This document shows, piece after piece, positions 59,409 through 64,000 of a DNA stretch of 64,000 nt. Every line of letters begins with the position of its first letter. The stretch's first letter is position 1. The position numbers and the translations under genes are program-made. Source of the DNA: Vicinamibacteria bacterium (lineage in GTDB: Bacteria; Acidobacteriota; Vicinamibacteria; Marinacidobacterales; Marinacidobacteraceae). Where the stretch lies: the NCBI GenBank assembly GCA_963422395.1, contig OY729431.1, positions 512,001 to 576,000 on the forward strand. Reading direction: 5' to 3'. The notes below the pieces were generated by a model. It saw only the letters and a program-made list of their open reading frames with translations, did not search any database and had not been told where the DNA came from.

Positions 59409-60884
59409 TCAGTTGCACCCGGCATCCACGATCCAGGCGTCCTTCGAACCCCCGCCCTGGCTGGAATTCACTACCAGGCTGCCCTTCTTGAGCGCCACCC
59501 GGCAGAGTCCTCCGGGAACGATCTCGGTCCGGTCCGCTTGCAGGACGAAGGGTCGGAGGTCCACATGGCGGGGCTCGATGTGCGAGCCGACCAGACAGGG
59601 CGCCCGCGAGAGGTCGAGCGTCGGCTGCGAGATGTAGTTGTCGGGATTTTCGCGGAGCGCCCGCGCGAATTCGTCCCGTTCCGCCCCGCTCGCATGGGGC
59701 CCCACCAGCATCCCGGAGCCCCCCGACTCTCCCACCGCCTTCACCACCAGGCGGTCCAGGTTGTCGAGGGTGTAGGCCAGACCGTCCGGCTCCCGGCAGA
59801 GCGTGGTGGGCACATTGGCGAGAAGGGGTTTCTGGTCCAGGTAGTACTCGATGATCCGAGGAACATACGCGTACACCCCCTTGTCATCGGCGACTCCGGT
59901 GCCCGGAGCGTTCGCGATCACGACCCGGCCCGCGCGGTAGGCGTGGAAGAGCCCCGGCACCCCGAGAACCGAGTCGGGCCGAAAGGTGAGCGGATCGATG
60001 AAATCGTCGTCGATGCGGCGGTAGATGACATCCACCGCGCGAAGGCCGCCGGTGGTGCGCATGAACACCCGCCGGTTGTGGACCAGCAGGTCGCGCCCTT
60101 CGACGAGTTCGATGCCCATCTGCCGGGCCAGGAAAGCGTGTTCGTAGTAGGCGGCGTTGTACACCCCCGGCGTGAGGAGCACGATGTTCGGGTCGCTCGC
60201 GTACGGCGGGGCGAGGGAGCGGAGGATGCCGAGCAGCCGCTGGCTGTACTGCTCCACATCCCGGACCCCGGAGCGCCGGAAGAGGCGGGGCAGGCTCCGC
60301 TTGACCGCATCGCGGCAGGCGAGCATGTAGCTCACTCCGGAAGGCACCCGCAGGTTGTCCTCGAGTACCTGGAACCCGTCGTGGGTGCGCACCAGGTCGG
60401 TGCCGCAGACCGACACATAGGCTCCTTGCGGAACCTCGATACCGCGCATCTCGATTCGGTAGTGCTTGCTGCCGTAGATCAGGTCGGCGGGAACCACCCC
60501 GTCCCGCAGGATGAGACCGCGGTGGTAGATGTCGTGGAGAAAGAGGTTGAGCGCCCGGACCCGCTGTTCGAGCCCCCGGGCCACCTCGTCCCATTCGCTT
60601 CCCTTCACGATGCGCGGCAGGCAGTCGATGGGGAAGACGCGCTCGATGGTCTGTTCGTCGCCGTACACCGTGAAGGTGATGCCCTCGTGGAGGAAGGACT
60701 TCGTGACCCGTTCCTGGATCTGCCGGAGCTCGTCCGGCGGAGTCTTTCGGATGGTCTCGAAGAAGTCGGCGCAGTGCTGCCGGGCCGCTCCGTCCGGCCC
60801 GAACATCTCGTCGTAGAAGGTCGAATCGAAATCGTACTGCCGGAACGAGGGGCTGGCAGCACGCACCGCCGCGGCTGCGCTCAC
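59409..60884 (-). CDS. Circularly permuted type-2 ATP-grasp protein
   Basis: GITFTVY, LEDNLRVPSGVSY, LTPGVYNAAYYEH, IYRRIDD, GVADDK, RHVDLRPF, VVNSSQGGGSKD. Confidence 0.95.
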   Translation of the reverse strand: MSAAAAVRAASPSFRQYDFDSTFYDEMFGPDGAARQHCADFFETIRKTPPDELRQIQERVTKSFLHEGITFTVYGDEQTIERVFPIDCLPRIVKGSEWDEVARGLEQRVRALNLFLHDIYHRGLILRDGVVPADLIYGSKHYRIEMRGIEVPQGAYVSVCGTDLVRTHDGFQVLEDNLRVPSGVSYMLACRDAVKRSLPRLFRRSGVRDVEQYSQRLLGILRSLAPPYASDPNIVLLTPGVYNAAYYEHAFLARQMGIELVEGRDLLVHNRRVFMRTTGGLRAVDVIYRRIDDDFIDPLTFRPDSVLGVPGLFHAYRAGRVVIANAPGTGVADDKGVYAYVPRIIEYYLDQKPLLANVPTTLCREPDGLAYTLDNLDRLVVKAVGESGGSGMLVGPHASGAERDEFARALRENPDNYISQPTLDLSRAPCLVGSHIEPRHVDLRPFVLQADRTEIVPGGLCRVALKKGSLVVNSSQGGGSKDAWIVDAGCN

Positions 60885-60937
60885 CGCAGCCGTGGGGAGA
60901 TCCCGGCGGAGCGGCGCCGGGGCGTGCTCATCGAATC

Positions 60938-62242
60938 TCAGGCGGATTTCGGCAGCCCGTTTCGGGCCACATGTTCGTATGCCTCACAGAAGGTGTCGAG
61001 TTCGCCCATCGTGGTGTACAGGTTCGGAGTGACCCGCAGCCCCCGGAATTCGTCGTGCAGGATGGGGGTGACGATGATGTGGTGCTTCTCCCAGAAATAG
61101 TCGCGCAGTCTGGAGGGATCGACCGACTCCAGGTCGATGTTGCCGATCGCACAGCTCATCTTCGGGTTGCGCGAGGTGTGGAGCTTCGTCCCCGGGAGAG
61201 CCGAGAGACGGTCCGCCCAGGTGTTCTTCAGATAGCGCAGCCGGGCCTCCTTGCGCTCGGAGCCCATCGTGTTGTGGAAGGTGATCGCCTCTCCGACCGC
61301 CACGAAGTTGGCTGCCGGATGGGTGCCGATCTCCTCGAACTTGCGGATGTCGGCGTCCATGCGCTCCGGAGCGGGCATCATCGGCCAGATCTTCGGGATC
61401 TTCTCCTTCTTCACATAGAGCATCCCCGTGCCCTTGGGCGCGAGCAGCCACTTGTGGAGGCTGGTTCCGAAGTAGTCGCAGCCGATGTCTTCCTGCCGGA
61501 AGTCGAACTGGGCGAAGGAGTGGGCGCCGTCCACCATCACCTCGACCCCGCGCTCCCGCGCCGCCTCGGCGACCGCCTTCACCGGGAGGATCTGACCGGT
61601 GAGGTTGATCTGGTGGGACATCAGGATGATCCGGGTGCGGTCGGTGATGGCGCTTCGGAACCCCTCGACGATCTCCTCGTCGGTTTCGGCCGGGGTGGGG
61701 ATCCGGATGTATTCGATGTCGATGCCTTCCCGGCGCGCCCGCTGGCGCAGGGTGGTGAGCATCCGCCCGTAGTCCTGTGTGGTGGTGAGCACCTGGTCGC
61801 CGGATTTCAGGTCCATCCCGAGGAGGAGGATCTCCATCGCCTCGGAGGTGTTGCGGACGAGCGCCACTTCCTCGGGATCGCAGCCGAAGAGCCTGGCGAG
61901 CCGCTGGCGCACGTTCTCCTTGCGGGGTTCGAGGATCTGCCACATCGTGTACACCGGGGCCTCTTCCTGTTCCCAGGTGTAGCGGACGAACGCCTCGGTG
62001 ACCATGCGGGGCGACGGACAGACCCCCCCGTTGTTCAGGTTGATGATGGAGCGCGAAACACTGAACGCATGCTGGATCTCGGCCCAGTAACTTTCGTCCT
62101 GGGCGATGTCTTCGGGACTCCGCTGCGCCGCTTGCCGGCCGGCGGCCTCCACCCGGCGGATGGTTTCGGGTCCGAACAGGGTGGCGACGAGAGCGCCGCT
62201 CCCCGCTCTACCGGCTGAGGAGAGAAAGCGTCTGCGCAACAT
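60938..62242 (-). CDS. Class V PLP aminotransferase (isopenicillin-N-epimerase-like), probable Tat signal
   Basis: RRRFL signal, LNNGG, VDGAH, SLHKWLLAPKGTG. Confidence 0.88.
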   Translation of the reverse strand: MLRRRFLSSAGRAGSGALVATLFGPETIRRVEAAGRQAAQRSPEDIAQDESYWAEIQHAFSVSRSIINLNNGGVCPSPRMVTEAFVRYTWEQEEAPVYTMWQILEPRKENVRQRLARLFGCDPEEVALVRNTSEAMEILLLGMDLKSGDQVLTTTQDYGRMLTTLRQRARREGIDIEYIRIPTPAETDEEIVEGFRSAITDRTRIILMSHQINLTGQILPVKAVAEAARERGVEVMVDGAHSFAQFDFRQEDIGCDYFGTSLHKWLLAPKGTGMLYVKKEKIPKIWPMMPAPERMDADIRKFEEIGTHPAANFVAVGEAITFHNTMGSERKEARLRYLKNTWADRLSALPGTKLHTSRNPKMSCAIGNIDLESVDPSRLRDYFWEKHHIIVTPILHDEFRGLRVTPNLYTTMGELDTFCEAYEHVARNGLPKSA

Positions 62243-62343
62243 CGTTCGACCTGCTCCTTCGCGGGGAACCCCGCACGGCTCCGTTTGCCCGGATGCAGCC
62301 GGAGCGTCCCCCGAATGTACCACCGGCGCTTACCATCCCGGCC

Positions 62344-63870
62344 ATGTTCCATGCCCTCTCGGACCTCCTGCGTCGGGTCCCGCCGGTCTTCGACTCCACC
62401 GTCGGCCATCTGGTGATCGCACTGGGTGTGCTGATCGCCACGCTCGGATTCGCGCTGCTCGCGGTCGCCCTGTTGCGCCGGGCGCTCTCGCGTCTCGGCA
62501 TCGGCGATCGGGTCACCTCCCGGATCGGCCGCGCCGTCCGCATCGTGCTCGGGCCGGAACGCGCCTCGAAGCAGGATGTGGATCAGATCTCCGGCCGCAT
62601 CCTCTTCTGGAGTTTGCTGATCCTGGTCATCGCGGCGGTGGCCTCGGTGGTGGATTTCTCGAGCCTCGGCGGCGTCGGCGGGGCGACTGCCGGGCGCATC
62701 ATGGGCCTCGTCGCACAGCTCGGTCAGGCGTTGCTCTTGCTGCTGGTCGCCTGGTTCCTGGCGGCGGTCCTCCGGCGGGCGGTTCGGGTGGCGCTCGAGG
62801 TCGCCGGAGTGGATGAGCGGCTCGAAAAAAGCTCGGCGGCGGCTCCGGGCCGGATATCCCAGGCGGTGCCCGAAGCGGTGTACTGGATCGTGCTGCTTCT
62901 CTTCCTGCCGCAGATCCTGAGAACCCTCGATCTCGATGGAGTGTTGTTCCCGATCGAGACGATCGTGGATCAGCTGATCCGGTTTCTGCCCGATGTCTTC
63001 GGCGCGATCGTCATCTTCCTGGTCGGGTGGTTCGTGGCCCGCATCGCCAAGGCGGTGGTGACCAACCTCCTCGCCGCGGTGGGACTCGACCGCGCTGCCG
63101 AAAGGTTCGGGCTGCGCCGGCTCCTCGGCTCCCGCGCGCCGTCGGCGCTCCTCGGCGGGATCGCCTACCTGCTGGTGCTCTTCCCGGTCCTCCTGACCGG
63201 ACTAGACCGCCTCAGCCTCGAGATGATCACCCGGCCGGCCAGCGACATGCTCGCCCGGGTCTTCGGCGCGCTGCCCCTGGTCCTCGTTGCGGCGGCGCTG
63301 CTCGCGACCGCGTATGTGGTGGGCCGGGTGGTGTCGAACCTGGTGCGCGATCTGCTGCGGCAGGCGGGTTTCGACCATGTGCTGACCCGGATCGGGCTGA
63401 CGGACGCGGGCACCACCGAAGAGCTCGCAGCATCGAACATCGTGCGGGTGCTGCTGCTCACCGTCGTCATGTTGTTCGCGAGTATCGAGGCAGCGAGCCT
63501 CATCGGCTTCGACAACGCCGCCGAACTGTTGACCCGGCTCCTCGAGTTCGCCGGTCAGTTCCTGCTCGGAGTGGTGTTCCTGGGTTTCGGGGTCTTCCTC
63601 GCCAACCTGTCGGCGCGGGCGATCAGCGCCAGCTCGATATCCCAGGCGCGTCTGCTGGCCCTCGCGGCGCGGATCGGCATCCTGCTCTTCACCACTGCGG
63701 TCGGGCTTCGTCAGATGGGAATCGCCAACGAGATCATCGAACTGGCCTTCGGTATCGTCCTCGGCGCGGTGGCCGTCGCGTTCGCAGTGGCCTTCGGACT
63801 CGGCGGCCGTGACGCGGCCGCCCGCCAGATCGAGCGTTGGCGGGCCCGGATGTCCGACGAGGAGGAGTAG
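62344..63870 (+). CDS. Multi-TM helix-repeat membrane protein (CmpX/MscS TM-repeat family)
   Basis: FLPDVFGAIVIFLVGWFVA, GLRQMGIANEII, AVAFGLGGRDAA. Confidence 0.82.
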   Translation: MFHALSDLLRRVPPVFDSTVGHLVIALGVLIATLGFALLAVALLRRALSRLGIGDRVTSRIGRAVRIVLGPERASKQDVDQISGRILFWSLLILVIAAVASVVDFSSLGGVGGATAGRIMGLVAQLGQALLLLLVAWFLAAVLRRAVRVALEVAGVDERLEKSSAAAPGRISQAVPEAVYWIVLLLFLPQILRTLDLDGVLFPIETIVDQLIRFLPDVFGAIVIFLVGWFVARIAKAVVTNLLAAVGLDRAAERFGLRRLLGSRAPSALLGGIAYLLVLFPVLLTGLDRLSLEMITRPASDMLARVFGALPLVLVAAALLATAYVVGRVVSNLVRDLLRQAGFDHVLTRIGLTDAGTTEELAASNIVRVLLLTVVMLFASIEAASLIGFDNAAELLTRLLEFAGQFLLGVVFLGFGVFLANLSARAISASSISQARLLALAARIGILLFTTAVGLRQMGIANEIIELAFGIVLGAVAVAFAVAFGLGGRDAAARQIERWRARMSDEEE

Positions 63871-63879
63871 GTAGAGCCG

Positions 63880-64000
63880 ATGTCCCTCGGATTTCGCTGG
63901 AAAGGCCGCACCATCCGCCGCGCGGCGGTGATCGGTTCGGGTCAGATCGGACCGGACATCGCGCTCCATCTGGTCGAGAAGCTGGCCCCGCACGGCGTCG
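63880..64000 (+). CDS. 5' end of 3-hydroxyacyl-CoA dehydrogenase-like protein (partial)
   Basis: MSLGFRWKGRTIRRAAVIGSGQIGPDIALH Rossmann motif; runs off the window. Confidence 0.7.
   Translation, partial: MSLGFRWKGRTIRRAAVIGSGQIGPDIALHLVEKLAPHGV

Overview
GC-rich (visually about 70%) chromosomal window from a diderm bacterium (Omp85/BamA-like protein, outer-membrane receptor, Tat and lipoprotein signals). Gene content and the giant ankyrin protein would fit an Acidobacteriota-type host-associated organism such as a sponge symbiont, but that is unverified inference. Most of the window is housekeeping or metabolic: acyl-CoA carboxylase/hydratase, asparaginase, tenA, larB, serS, pncA-pncB, dprA-topA-xerC, mutM, hisN-like phosphatase, Tat redox enzymes and a cpATP-grasp/alpha-E/transglutaminase operon. 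Stand-out items: (1) a 7.4-kb gene for a signal-peptide-bearing, membrane-anchored protein with 70 near-identical ankyrin repeats in a higher-order pattern, split by a 17-nt insertion and ending in a MITE next to an IS remnant; (2) two 185-bp hairpin-rich direct repeats between serS and pncA; (3) a candidate ~187-nt structured ncRNA with its own extended -10 box and an anti-Shine-Dalgarno tract; (4) an internally duplicated unknown membrane protein in a receptor/GMC/Gfo-Idh-MocA operon; (5) a lower-GC AAA ATPase + DUF4276-like pair (candidate defence module). No CRISPR array, rRNA, tRNA or reverse transcriptase was seen. All family calls come from motif recognition by eye, with no database searches, and several start codons are estimates.
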